Below, piece by piece: positions 9,185-18,841 of a DNA stretch of 32,118 nt. The stretch is from the sequence record SRR22947727_1917; one strand, given 5' to 3'. The notes beneath the pieces are model-generated. The model saw nothing but the letters and a program-made list of their open reading frames with translations. It was not told the origin of the DNA and did not search any database. Position 1 is the stretch's first letter. The number at the start of each line of letters is the position of its first letter. The position numbers and the translations under genes are program-made.

Positions 9185-10234
9185 TTACAGATCGAGTGTT
9201 TGCTTTTTGTCGAACAGTTCGGACACGGAGAGATGTAACATCTTTGCGGCCAGTTCTACATCATTCTCGGCCGCTACTAAGGCCGCGGCGACCACTTTGC
9301 GCTCTACAGTTTTTAAATGCTCTGCAATCATCAACTTGCCATTTGACACAAAAAAGCTGCGGTAATCGGTTACCGAATCCAGCGGTGATCTGTTGGACTC
9401 TTCAGCGTTCAAGGCTTGCTGCGCCGGTGATCCTTGGTCATTTAAGCCTTGTTCGTTTTGTTCACGTAAAGCCTGTTGCACTTGGATTGCGTTGATCGCC
9501 TGACCACCCGAACGAATAATCAAACATTCGATAACGTTGCGCAACTGGCGCACATTTCCAGGCCAAGAGAAGGTTTTCAGCAACCAAAGCGCATCACCTT
9601 CAATTTCAAATTTCATATTTGACTGACCTGACAGGGTCAGTTGCTGCGCCAAATGATAGACGAGGTTTTCAATATCGCCCGAGCGATCTTTCAGTGCAGG
9701 CACACGGATCGGAAAGGCGCTGATCCTGAAAAACAGGTCTGAGCGAAAATTCTTAAGGACAACTTGCTTATATAGATTTTTGTGCGTGGCGCAGATCAAC
9801 CGGAAGTCTACTTCGATTTCGCGCGACGAGCCGACCGGCGAGAAACATTTAGTTTCCAAAGCCCGCAACAATTTCGATTGTAAATCAAGTGGCATATCGC
9901 CAATTTCATCTAAAAACAGGGTGCCGTTATGTGCTTGTTCAAACTTGCCCTTGTGGGTTTTGCTTGCACCTGTAAATGCTCCTTTTTCATAGCCAAAAAG
10001 CTCAGCTTCAAGCAGAGATTTGGGAATAGAGGCGCAATTCACTGAAATCAACTTGCCAGATCTACCTGATAAATCTGCTAAGGATTGTGCAACGACTTCT
10101 TTGCCAGATCCGCTGGGACCAAGGATTAATACGGGGATATTATGCTCGGCAACATCCATCACCGATTTTCGAAGCGCCATCATGGCGTCTGAAGACCCCA
10201 CAATATTGCGGGACAAATTATCCACGAATGACAT
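9185..10234 (-). CDS. Sigma54-dependent enhancer-binding protein (AAA+ plus Fis-like HTH) without an N-terminal regulatory domain
   Basis: Walker A GPSGSGKE, ELFGYEKGAFTGA, LFLDEIGDM, FR-DLFFR and WPGNVRQL. The AAA+ domain begins at about residue 11, and the C-terminus is HTH-like (AAKMLHLS). Confidence 0.93.
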   Translation of the reverse strand: MSFVDNLSRNIVGSSDAMMALRKSVMDVAEHNIPVLILGPSGSGKEVVAQSLADLSGRSGKLISVNCASIPKSLLEAELFGYEKGAFTGASKTHKGKFEQAHNGTLFLDEIGDMPLDLQSKLLRALETKCFSPVGSSREIEVDFRLICATHKNLYKQVVLKNFRSDLFFRISAFPIRVPALKDRSGDIENLVYHLAQQLTLSGQSNMKFEIEGDALWLLKTFSWPGNVRQLRNVIECLIIRSGGQAINAIQVQQALREQNEQGLNDQGSPAQQALNAEESNRSPLDSVTDYRSFFVSNGKLMIAEHLKTVERKVVAAALVAAENDVELAAKMLHLSVSELFDKKQTLDL

Positions 10235-10649
10235 CGTTGACCTCTACAAAACCTACCTTTACGTGCTCGCTTGCTCTTATTCTAACGACAAGATGCGAAG
10301 TTAGCGCCTCACCTGAAAAGTTATGATATTTACGGATGGAGTTCAGTAGCCAGTTGGGATAATTTACCGGTCCATTGGGGGATATTTTTTAAAAAATTGA
10401 TACTTTCGGATGGGATTTTGGGAGATTTTCCATCGCGGATCTTGAAACAATATTTCAAATGGCGAAGCTATGGTGCCTGATGCATGTCGCCCTGTAAGAT
10501 CATGAAAAACATTGTAATTTTTATATAAAAATTATTGGCATAAGTTTTTTAGGCGGCCGTTTCTTAGTGTTTTGAACGCATGGCTCAAAGATTTCTCTAT
10601 TTGTAGTAAATATGCGAGAAAACGGGTAATTCCTACCATATCTTGTGGT

Positions 10650-10919
10650 TTAATGGCGCAGCTTGGTTTCTATTTCTGCCTCCTCGCGCAGCACAGATAG
10701 CACATCTGCGGTGTAGGCGCGCCGCGTTGCGGGCTCGCGCGCGGGCACGGGCGCGTGTTGCGCAGCTTGATTTTTGATTGCGTAATTTCTGCGTGCGGGC
10801 ACAAAATTTTGCTTCCACATGTGATTGCAGCTGCTGCACATCACGACGCGGTTTTTGCTGGGAATTTTGTCTTTAGGGATCCTGTAGCCTGATCCACATT
10901 TCGGGCAAAGCAGATGCAT
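10650..10919 (-). CDS. Small MJ0042-family zinc-ribbon protein
   Basis: CPKC-x19-CSSC-x2-MW zinc finger, RBS AAGGAG and a C-terminal 'DVLSVLREEAE' helix; no transmembrane segment. Confidence 0.85.
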   Translation of the reverse strand: MHLLCPKCGSGYRIPKDKIPSKNRVVMCSSCNHMWKQNFVPARRNYAIKNQAAQHAPVPAREPATRRAYTADVLSVLREEAEIETKLRH

Positions 10920-10968
10920 TTAAAATGCTCCTTGGTAACACGCTGACATTGTTATCTTTTTTGCTCGA

Positions 10969-10984
10969 TTAAGCTGTGGATAAC
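10969..10984. promoter_or_regulatory. Perfect DnaA box (TTATCCACA on the minus strand, 10975-10983) overlapping a CtrA-like box TTAA-N7-ATAAC
   Basis: The sequence TTAAGCTGTGGATAAC is read directly; function is inferred. Confidence 0.45.
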
Positions 10985-11269
10985 ATCAGAGATGTGATTT
11001 GGCAAATATTTTGAAGCGGTGGGTGTTGGTAAAGGTTTCTGCAGCACGCTTTTGTTCCTTCTGTCGATGTGAGCGGGCTTAAAACCTGCAGAGTGAATAT
11101 ATCGTTCTCAACATCTTCAGCAAAATTTGGGCCAAGCTGGTGGGTTAAGTTTGAAAAAATGAGATAAGGCTTTGATTCGCGCCATATGTTGCGGTGCCAA
11201 AAGCGTTTGGGATAGGGTTCGCGCCAAAACGGGCTTGCCAAAGATTATGAAATCGGGTTTCACGCGTTT

Positions 11270-11893
11270 ATGAATTGCCCGGATCTTTTCAATGAAACTG
11301 AAGCTTGGCAGGCTGGCTTTCAGCAAGTTGCGGGCGTTGATGAGGTGGGGCGCGGCCCTTTGGCAGGCCCTGTTACCGCGGCTGCAGTTATTCTGAACCC
11401 AAAGGCCATTCCCGACGGGTTGCACGATTCAAAAAAGCTAAGTGCAAAACGCCGCGAAAGCCTATTTGAGCAAATCCAAGCAACCTCAATTGTCTCTTAT
11501 GCGCATATTTCCGAGTCGGTGATTGATGATATCAATATCCTGAATGCAAGCCTCTTGGCGATGAGAACGGCGGTTGCAGGGCTTTCTACAGCTGCCGATT
11601 TTCTCTTAATTGATGGCAATAAAGCACCTGCCCATTTGCCGATGCCGTATCGTACGATTATCAAGGGGGATGCAAAATCCTTATCCATCGCAGCCGCTTC
11701 GATCATTGCCAAGACGGTGCGCGACCGTTTGATGAGCGATTTGGCTGCCTCATTTCCCGGTTATGGCTGGGAAAAAAATGCAGGCTATCCCTCAGCAGAG
11801 CATAAATCGGCCCTTCTGCGCCTTGGTGTGACCCCACATCATAGGGTTTCTTTCAAACCTATACACAACATCTTGTATTCAAAAAATAAATAA
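11270..11893 (+). CDS. rnhB: Ribonuclease HII
   Basis: GVDEVGRGPLAGPV, DSKKL, IDG, KGD, IAAASIIAK and GYP. Confidence 0.97.
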   Translation: MNCPDLFNETEAWQAGFQQVAGVDEVGRGPLAGPVTAAAVILNPKAIPDGLHDSKKLSAKRRESLFEQIQATSIVSYAHISESVIDDINILNASLLAMRTAVAGLSTAADFLLIDGNKAPAHLPMPYRTIIKGDAKSLSIAAASIIAKTVRDRLMSDLAASFPGYGWEKNAGYPSAEHKSALLRLGVTPHHRVSFKPIHNILYSKNK

Positions 11894-11899
11894 CCCCTT

Positions 11900-13104
<1,205 letters not shown>

Positions 13105-13174
13105 CGCTGCACCGCGCAGATAATTGAGCCCTAAGAGATAATCGTATTTGCCTGTGGCCTGAAAAGCCACCACT

Positions 13175-13202
13175 TCCCCGCTTTTTGAAGCGGGGATTTT
13201 TT
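13175..13202 (+). terminator. Intrinsic terminator after rnhB-ccrM
   Basis: TCCCCGCTT stem, short loop, AAGCGGGGA, then a T run; sits between convergent ccrM and alkB. Confidence 0.85.
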
Positions 13203-14316
13203 AATTTGGTGGCGGGTTTGTGCCTTTGTTATAGGGCTGCCAATTGCTTATTTCTGGATAATGCATGGCCCGCCATGCCTTCACTTTCGGATTCATGAAT
13301 TTACGCCAAAGTCTGGGATATACTGCAATTATCCCCATGATCGGATAGCTGTAGGGAAGCTGTGGGGCAAGTTGCTTTGGATAGGTGTGCAGCAAAGGAT
13401 AGGCACGGGCAGGTTTGTAATGGTGGTCAGAATGGCGCTGAAGGTTGATCAGAAGCCAATTGGTCGCACGGTGCTCTGCATTCCAAGAATGATGCGGTTG
13501 AACAGCTTCATATTTGCCGTTTCCCAAATATTTTCGCGTTAGGCCATAATGTTCCAGGTAATTTATAAGCTCGAGATGAAAAACCGCAATAAAGGCCTGA
13601 AAAGCAAATAGAAAGACACCCCAAAAACCCGCCAAACCATATGCAAATCCAAGCATAAGCAACTGCAGTAGCCAGTAGATCCAAAAGGGGTTTTTGAGAT
13701 CATACCATGCCAACCCCTGCCGGGTGAGGCGCTGCGCTTCTGCGCGAAATGCGGAGAGATAGCTTGCTTTTAAAACCCGGATGAAAAAGCGATGCACGTT
13801 TTCATTATAACGCGCCGTAACAGCATCGCGGGGGGTGCCTACATAGCGGTGATGCACCAAAAGATGCTCGCTGCGAAAATGCGAATAGAGCACCATCGCC
13901 ATCAGTATATCGGCGATCCAACGGTCGCCTCGGCGGGGTTGGTGCATAAGCTCATGCGCATAATTGATGCCAATCGTGCCCGTCATCACGCCAAGGGAAA
14001 AAAACAACCCGGTTAATTCCCAGCCATTTAGGTCAAGCCCTTTGTGAAAAGCGATCAGCCCGAATAAAATAAAAAATTGCAAAATTGGCCAGAGTAGGAG
14101 GTTAAGCCGATGCCATTTCAACTGCACGCCTTTTTCGGATGGTGCGGGGTTTGTTTGTTCTTTGCCAAGCACCGCGTCTAGGGTTGGAAAAACATACCAA
14201 ATGACGAAGGGAATGCTCAAAACCCAGAAGCCGCCAAGCAGCGCCGCAGCTATGATGATTGGCCCCATGGATACACCAATCCAAAAGGGCAGGGCAGATT
14301 TAAACGCAGATGCCAT
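13201..14316 (-). CDS. alkB: Alkane 1-monooxygenase family membrane di-iron enzyme
   Basis: His boxes HELMH, EHLLVHH, NYLEHYGL and LQRHSDHH. Confidence 0.93.
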   Translation of the reverse strand: MASAFKSALPFWIGVSMGPIIIAAALLGGFWVLSIPFVIWYVFPTLDAVLGKEQTNPAPSEKGVQLKWHRLNLLLWPILQFFILFGLIAFHKGLDLNGWELTGLFFSLGVMTGTIGINYAHELMHQPRRGDRWIADILMAMVLYSHFRSEHLLVHHRYVGTPRDAVTARYNENVHRFFIRVLKASYLSAFRAEAQRLTRQGLAWYDLKNPFWIYWLLQLLMLGFAYGLAGFWGVFLFAFQAFIAVFHLELINYLEHYGLTRKYLGNGKYEAVQPHHSWNAEHRATNWLLINLQRHSDHHYKPARAYPLLHTYPKQLAPQLPYSYPIMGIIAVYPRLWRKFMNPKVKAWRAMHYPEISNWQPYNKGTNPPPN

Positions 14317-14378
14317 GTTTAACTACTTGCCCGATGTTCCAGCGATAACCTCAGCCGCAATCTGAGCCGCCTTTGTGG

Positions 14379-15422
14379 CTATTTAATGGCCAGATCAAAC
14401 ACTTTTCGCATCACCGTTGGAAGATCCGTGGGGCGAAATTGCGCGCGGCTTAAAAATTCGCCCCGCCCCGGCGTCGTATGCATCAATATATCAGCTTTGC
14501 GAACGGTGAGATGAAGATGAAAATGGGTGAATGTGTGGCGCACTTCACCAGGCATCTTCTGCCAATTGGCAGTGATTGGAGGTGCTGGAACAGGGGCGTC
14601 GTTCCAATCGCTGCCGGGCCAACCCAGCATCCCTCCTAGCAAGCCGCGCTCGGGGCGCCGCTCAAGAAGATAGGCGCCATCTTCACGGCAGGCCACATAG
14701 GCAATGCCAAAGCGCGTTGGCTTGGGCTTTTTAGGAATTTTTTTCGGCAATTGTGCCATCGTGCCAGCCAGAAAGGCGCGGCAAGGGCCTCGCCACGGGC
14801 ACAATCCGCAGGCCGGTTTTTTTGGGGTGCAAATCGTTGCCCCTAAATCCATCACGGCTTGGGCGTAATCGCCGGGCCTTTCACGCGGGGTCAGATGGTC
14901 GGCTTTTTCTGTAAGTTCTGGTTTGGCCGTTGGCAGCGGGGTATGGATATCAAATAAGCGCGCCATCACCCGCTCTACGTTGCCATCCACCACGGTCTCG
15001 GGCCGATCAAAGGCAATCGCTCCAATCGCAGCTGCCGTGTAGGGGCCGATTCCGGGCAGCGCGCGCAAAGCGGCCTGATCGTTTGGAAACCTGCCTGCAT
15101 ATTCTGTAGCGATGACGCGCGCGCATTTCAAAAGATTGCGCGCCCGCGCGTAATATCCAAGGCCGGCCCATTCCGCCATAACGGCTGCGTCTTGCGCTGC
15201 TGCAAGATCGCCAATCGTGGGCCAAAGCTGGGTGAAACGCAGAAAATATTTTTTGACGGCGGCAACGGTGGTTTGTTGCAGCATGATTTCTGAAAGCCAA
15301 ATGCGATAGGGATCAGGTATCTGCCCGTTTTTGCGATCTTGCGGGGCTACGCGCCAGGGCATTTCGCGTGCATGAGCGTCATACCAAGACAGAAGATCGC
15401 TTGCTTTGGCGCTAGCTGGCAT
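14379..15422 (-). CDS. mutY: A/G-specific adenine glycosylase
   Basis: SEIMLQQT, WAGLGYY-RARNL, HhH LPGIGPYTA, VDGNVERV, Fe-S motif C-x6-C-x2-C-x5-C and HTFTHFHL. Confidence 0.97.
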   Translation of the reverse strand: MPASAKASDLLSWYDAHAREMPWRVAPQDRKNGQIPDPYRIWLSEIMLQQTTVAAVKKYFLRFTQLWPTIGDLAAAQDAAVMAEWAGLGYYARARNLLKCARVIATEYAGRFPNDQAALRALPGIGPYTAAAIGAIAFDRPETVVDGNVERVMARLFDIHTPLPTAKPELTEKADHLTPRERPGDYAQAVMDLGATICTPKKPACGLCPWRGPCRAFLAGTMAQLPKKIPKKPKPTRFGIAYVACREDGAYLLERRPERGLLGGMLGWPGSDWNDAPVPAPPITANWQKMPGEVRHTFTHFHLHLTVRKADILMHTTPGRGEFLSRAQFRPTDLPTVMRKVFDLAIK

Positions 15423-15485
15423 GATCTACTTCACTTTTTTGTATAGGGGCTGGCAAGATCATTCGAAGGCCTTATGCTAGGGCTC

Positions 15486-16016
15486 ATGTCGGTAAGCGAA
15501 AAGAAATCGGGCAAGAAACGCGCTATGCAGGGGTTTAAGCAGACCTCTGCCTTGTTGCAATCCCACATTCGAAAACTGGGCGAAAGCCGTGGGTTTGCCC
15601 AGCCCCGCGTGCTGACCCATTGGCGTGAGATCGTCGGTGAAGATCTGGCCGATGTGACCTACCCGACCGAGGTCAGTTATGCCAAACAAGGGTTCGGGGG
15701 CACGTTGACGATACTGACAATGGGCGCGCATGCCCCGATGATCGAAATGCAAAAGGAAAGCTTACGCCGGCGCGTCAACGCCATCTATGGTTATAACGCA
15801 ATTCGGCGCATTCGAATTACGCAAACCTCCGCGCATGGATTTGCCGAGGCGCAAGCCGTCTTTGCCCCGCAATCCAAGCCAGCGCCAAAGCGCGCGCACA
15901 AAGCCGCAGAGGCACAGGCGCAAACCCTTGCAGAGCCGGTGCGTGATGCAAAGCTGCGTCGCGCTCTTGAACAGTTGGGGCAGAATGTTCTAACACAGTC
16001 TCAAGAAGAGAAATAA
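15486..16016 (+). CDS. DUF721 / DciA-family protein (helicase loader-like)
   Basis: 'W-EIVG-LA...GTL-I...VNAIYGY-AI-RIRITQ' pattern and the conserved position divergent from mutY, upstream of dsbA. Start is 15486 or 15474. Confidence 0.85.
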   Translation: MSVSEKKSGKKRAMQGFKQTSALLQSHIRKLGESRGFAQPRVLTHWREIVGEDLADVTYPTEVSYAKQGFGGTLTILTMGAHAPMIEMQKESLRRRVNAIYGYNAIRRIRITQTSAHGFAEAQAVFAPQSKPAPKRAHKAAEAQAQTLAEPVRDAKLRRALEQLGQNVLTQSQEEK

Positions 16017-16037
16017 ATCGAAAAATAAGGATAAAAA

Positions 16038-16712
16038 ATGCGCAAATTTGCTTATATGTTTGTGGTGTTTGGCCTCGCGGTCGGACTGGGGGTTTGGCTG
16101 AATCAATCCCCCCAAACGGCTGCTTTGGATCAAGAGTTTGCCTTACCCTTCGCCGCAAACGCGCAAAGCAGCGATGCCGATGCGGGTGCAGCTGAGATTA
16201 TCGATATGGTACAAGGCGCCGAAGATGCCCCGATCACTGTGATCGAATATGCTTCATTCACCTGCCCGCATTGTGCCCGTTTCCATTCTGATGTGTATAA
16301 GTTATTGCGCAAAAATTATATCGATACGGGCAAGGTTAAATTTATTTTCCGTGAGGTTTATTTCGATAAATACGGCATGTGGGCGTCAATGATCGCGCGC
16401 TGCAGTGGTCCAGATCGGTTTTTCGGTATGACAGATTTGATCCTGAACAGCCAAAGCACATGGGCGCGGGCCGGAGATGATCTGGCGATCGTGGAAGCCT
16501 TGCGAAAAATTGGACGCTTATCGGGTATGCAGGATGCGGCGTTAGACAGCTGTTTGCAAGATGGCGAAAAACTTCGGGCATTGGTGGGGTGGTACAAGGA
16601 AAACGCGCAGCGCGACGGCATCCAATCGACGCCGTCTTTCCTAATCGATGGACAGCCTTATAAGAACATGGATTATGAAGAGTTTGCTAAAACCCTTGAC
16701 GAAAAGCTTTAG
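16038..16712 (+). CDS. DsbA-family thiol-disulfide oxidoreductase
   Basis: N-terminal membrane anchor, EYASFTCPHCA and the cis-Pro loop STPSF. Confidence 0.92.
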   Translation: MRKFAYMFVVFGLAVGLGVWLNQSPQTAALDQEFALPFAANAQSSDADAGAAEIIDMVQGAEDAPITVIEYASFTCPHCARFHSDVYKLLRKNYIDTGKVKFIFREVYFDKYGMWASMIARCSGPDRFFGMTDLILNSQSTWARAGDDLAIVEALRKIGRLSGMQDAALDSCLQDGEKLRALVGWYKENAQRDGIQSTPSFLIDGQPYKNMDYEEFAKTLDEKL

Positions 16713-16717
16713 CTGGA

Positions 16718-17830
16718 ATGGCTACGCCGCTTGACGGATTAAAGGTGGTTGAGCTTGCGCGGATTTTGGCTGGTCCTTGGGCCGGGCAAACCCTCGCCGA
16801 TCTTGGCGCGGAAGTGATTAAGGTAGAAGCCCCAAGCGGGGATGATACGCGGCAATGGGGTCCGCCGTTTATTCAGCGTGAAGATGAAGAGACCGCCGCG
16901 TATTTCCATTCTTGCAACCGTGGAAAAAGAAGCGTTGTGATTGATTTTCGAACGCCAGAGGGGCAAGAAGAGTTGCGCCGCCTGGTTCGGGATGCCGATA
17001 TCCTGATCGAAAATTTTAAAGTCGGCGGATTGGCAAAATACGGGCTGGATTATGCCAGTCTTGCCAAAGAGAATCCGCAGTTGATCTATTGTTCGATCAC
17101 TGGGTTCGGGCAAACCGGTCCCTATGCGCATCGCGCGGGGTATGATTACATCATTCAGGGGATGTCCGGCTTTATGTCGATCACGGGTGAGCCCGATGGC
17201 GCACCGCAGCGCGCGGGTGTAGCGATCACCGATATTTTCACGGGCGTTTACGCCACCACGGCGATCCTCTCGGCGATCCATATGCGCGCTAGCACGGGCC
17301 GGGGGCAGCATATCGACATGTCGCTTTTGGATACGGCGGTTTCTGTAATGGCCAATCAGGCCTTGAATTATTTATCAACGGGCACTGCGCCGGAAAGAAC
17401 GGGCAATTATCACCCGAACCTCACGCCTTATCAGGTGTTTGACTGCGCCGATGGGCATATCATCATCGCCACGGGTAACGATGGCCAATATCAGCGGCTA
17501 TGTGGCCTTTTGGGCCTCGCTGACATGGCTGAGGCGCCAGAGTTTTTGAAAAATTCAGACCGGATTACAAATCGCGATAAAATGGTCTCGCAGCTTATGC
17601 AAAAGACAAAAACGTTTTCCAAAGATGCGCTGTTAAGCGCTTGTGAAGCGGCGGGTGTGCCTGCAGGTCCGATTAATGATATGGCACAAGTTTTTGCGGA
17701 TCCTCAGGTGATCGCGCGGAAAATGCAGCTTAATCTTGATGGTATCCCCAGCGTGCGCTCACCCTTTCAGTTTTCTGAGGCATCGCTGAATTTAACGCGC
17801 CCCTCGCCGAGTCTGGGCGAATATGATTGA
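16718..17830 (+). CDS. CaiB/BaiF family III CoA-transferase
   Basis: LAGP-A-Q-LADLGAEVIKVE, GDDTR, NRGKRS, SITGFGQTGP and GYD. Confidence 0.93.
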   Translation: MATPLDGLKVVELARILAGPWAGQTLADLGAEVIKVEAPSGDDTRQWGPPFIQREDEETAAYFHSCNRGKRSVVIDFRTPEGQEELRRLVRDADILIENFKVGGLAKYGLDYASLAKENPQLIYCSITGFGQTGPYAHRAGYDYIIQGMSGFMSITGEPDGAPQRAGVAITDIFTGVYATTAILSAIHMRASTGRGQHIDMSLLDTAVSVMANQALNYLSTGTAPERTGNYHPNLTPYQVFDCADGHIIIATGNDGQYQRLCGLLGLADMAEAPEFLKNSDRITNRDKMVSQLMQKTKTFSKDALLSACEAAGVPAGPINDMAQVFADPQVIARKMQLNLDGIPSVRSPFQFSEASLNLTRPSPSLGEYD

Positions 17831-17833
17831 CGC

Positions 17834-18832
17834 TTAAGCGCGGTTGAGGGCGTTTAAAAGATAGTCCTGCAAAGCGTCGAGCTCAGAGATTTCTAGCCGT
17901 ACGGGTACCGTTAGAATATCGCGTTTGAAAGCCTGCGGCAGGCGCACCGCGTCCTTTTCGGTAGTGACAAGTTGCGCATCAAGCGCCTGCGCCTGATTTT
18001 GCAAGCGCTTGAGAAGCGCAGGGGTTAATATTTGATGATCTCCCAAAGGCTGGGTGCCAACAATATGGGCGCCAAGGCGCTTTAGCGTTGTGAAAAATTT
18101 TTCGGGCTGGCCGATACCGGCAAAGGCAAAATAACGTCCTTCAGACCAGTCTAACCCGGTTTGAAGCGGGGAAAGCTGGGCGGTGAAATGCCTACACGGC
18201 ACTATATGCCCCCAGGTTTTGGCGAATATTGTTTGCGCGGCTTGCTCGCCAATTGACAGGATGATATCGGCGCGGCGCAAGCCATTGGGAATCGTTTCGC
18301 GCAGCGGCCCGGCCGGAATGCAGCGGCCATTGCCAAAGCCCAATGCCGCGTCCACCACCACGATGCTTACAGTTTTTTTGATCGAGGGGTCTTGGAACCC
18401 GTCATCCAACAAAATCACATCGGCGCCAGCTTGTTGGGCCGCTTTCACGCCTGCGCTGCGCGATTTTGCAACCCAAGTCGGGGCAAACGCGGCCAAAAGC
18501 AATGGCTCGTCGCCGCTTTCTTCTGCGCGGTGTTGCGCCGGATCAACGCGTATTGGTCCTGTGAGCGTGCCGCCATAGCCTTTGCTCAGAACATGCGGGT
18601 TTCGCCCAGCCGCTATTAGCATGTTCAACAGGGCGATTACGGTGGGCGTTTTGCCCGTGCCACCGGCATTCAAATTGCCAATACAAATTACAGGGCAGCG
18701 AGGTGAAAGCGTGGCCGGGCGCGCCACGCGCCACGCGGTCGCAAGCCCGTAGATCTGCCCAAGCGGGGCGAGTATGCGCGCCGAAAATCCAGGGCGATGC
18801 GGCGAATTATACCAGAAATTTGGTGCATGCAT
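17834..18832 (-). CDS. lpxK: Tetraacyldisaccharide 4'-kinase
   Basis: GNLNAGGTGKTP, GYG, GDEP, LDDGFQ, PAGPLRE, AGIG-P-F and TTEKDAV. Confidence 0.96.
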   Translation of the reverse strand: MHAPNFWYNSPHRPGFSARILAPLGQIYGLATAWRVARPATLSPRCPVICIGNLNAGGTGKTPTVIALLNMLIAAGRNPHVLSKGYGGTLTGPIRVDPAQHRAEESGDEPLLLAAFAPTWVAKSRSAGVKAAQQAGADVILLDDGFQDPSIKKTVSIVVVDAALGFGNGRCIPAGPLRETIPNGLRRADIILSIGEQAAQTIFAKTWGHIVPCRHFTAQLSPLQTGLDWSEGRYFAFAGIGQPEKFFTTLKRLGAHIVGTQPLGDHQILTPALLKRLQNQAQALDAQLVTTEKDAVRLPQAFKRDILTVPVRLEISELDALQDYLLNALNRA

Positions 18833-18841
18833 AGTTTACTT

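Noticed and set aside
10218..10983. Possible replication origin (TTATCCACG at 10218, TGATCCACA at 10890, TGTGGATAA at 10975, AT-rich gap)
   Set aside because: Two of the three boxes lie inside coding sequence (one encodes the Cys-Gly-Ser of the zinc knuckle). They are widely spaced, and no dnaA, hemE or parAB-type origin neighbours are present. A whole-genome GC-skew analysis would be needed to revive the idea.
10999..11016. Sigma54 -24/-12 promoter-like TGGCAAATATTTTGA (and TGGCAGGCAGGGCGC at 5365)
   Set aside because: The first has GA instead of the near-invariant GC at -12. The second lacks the TT before GC.
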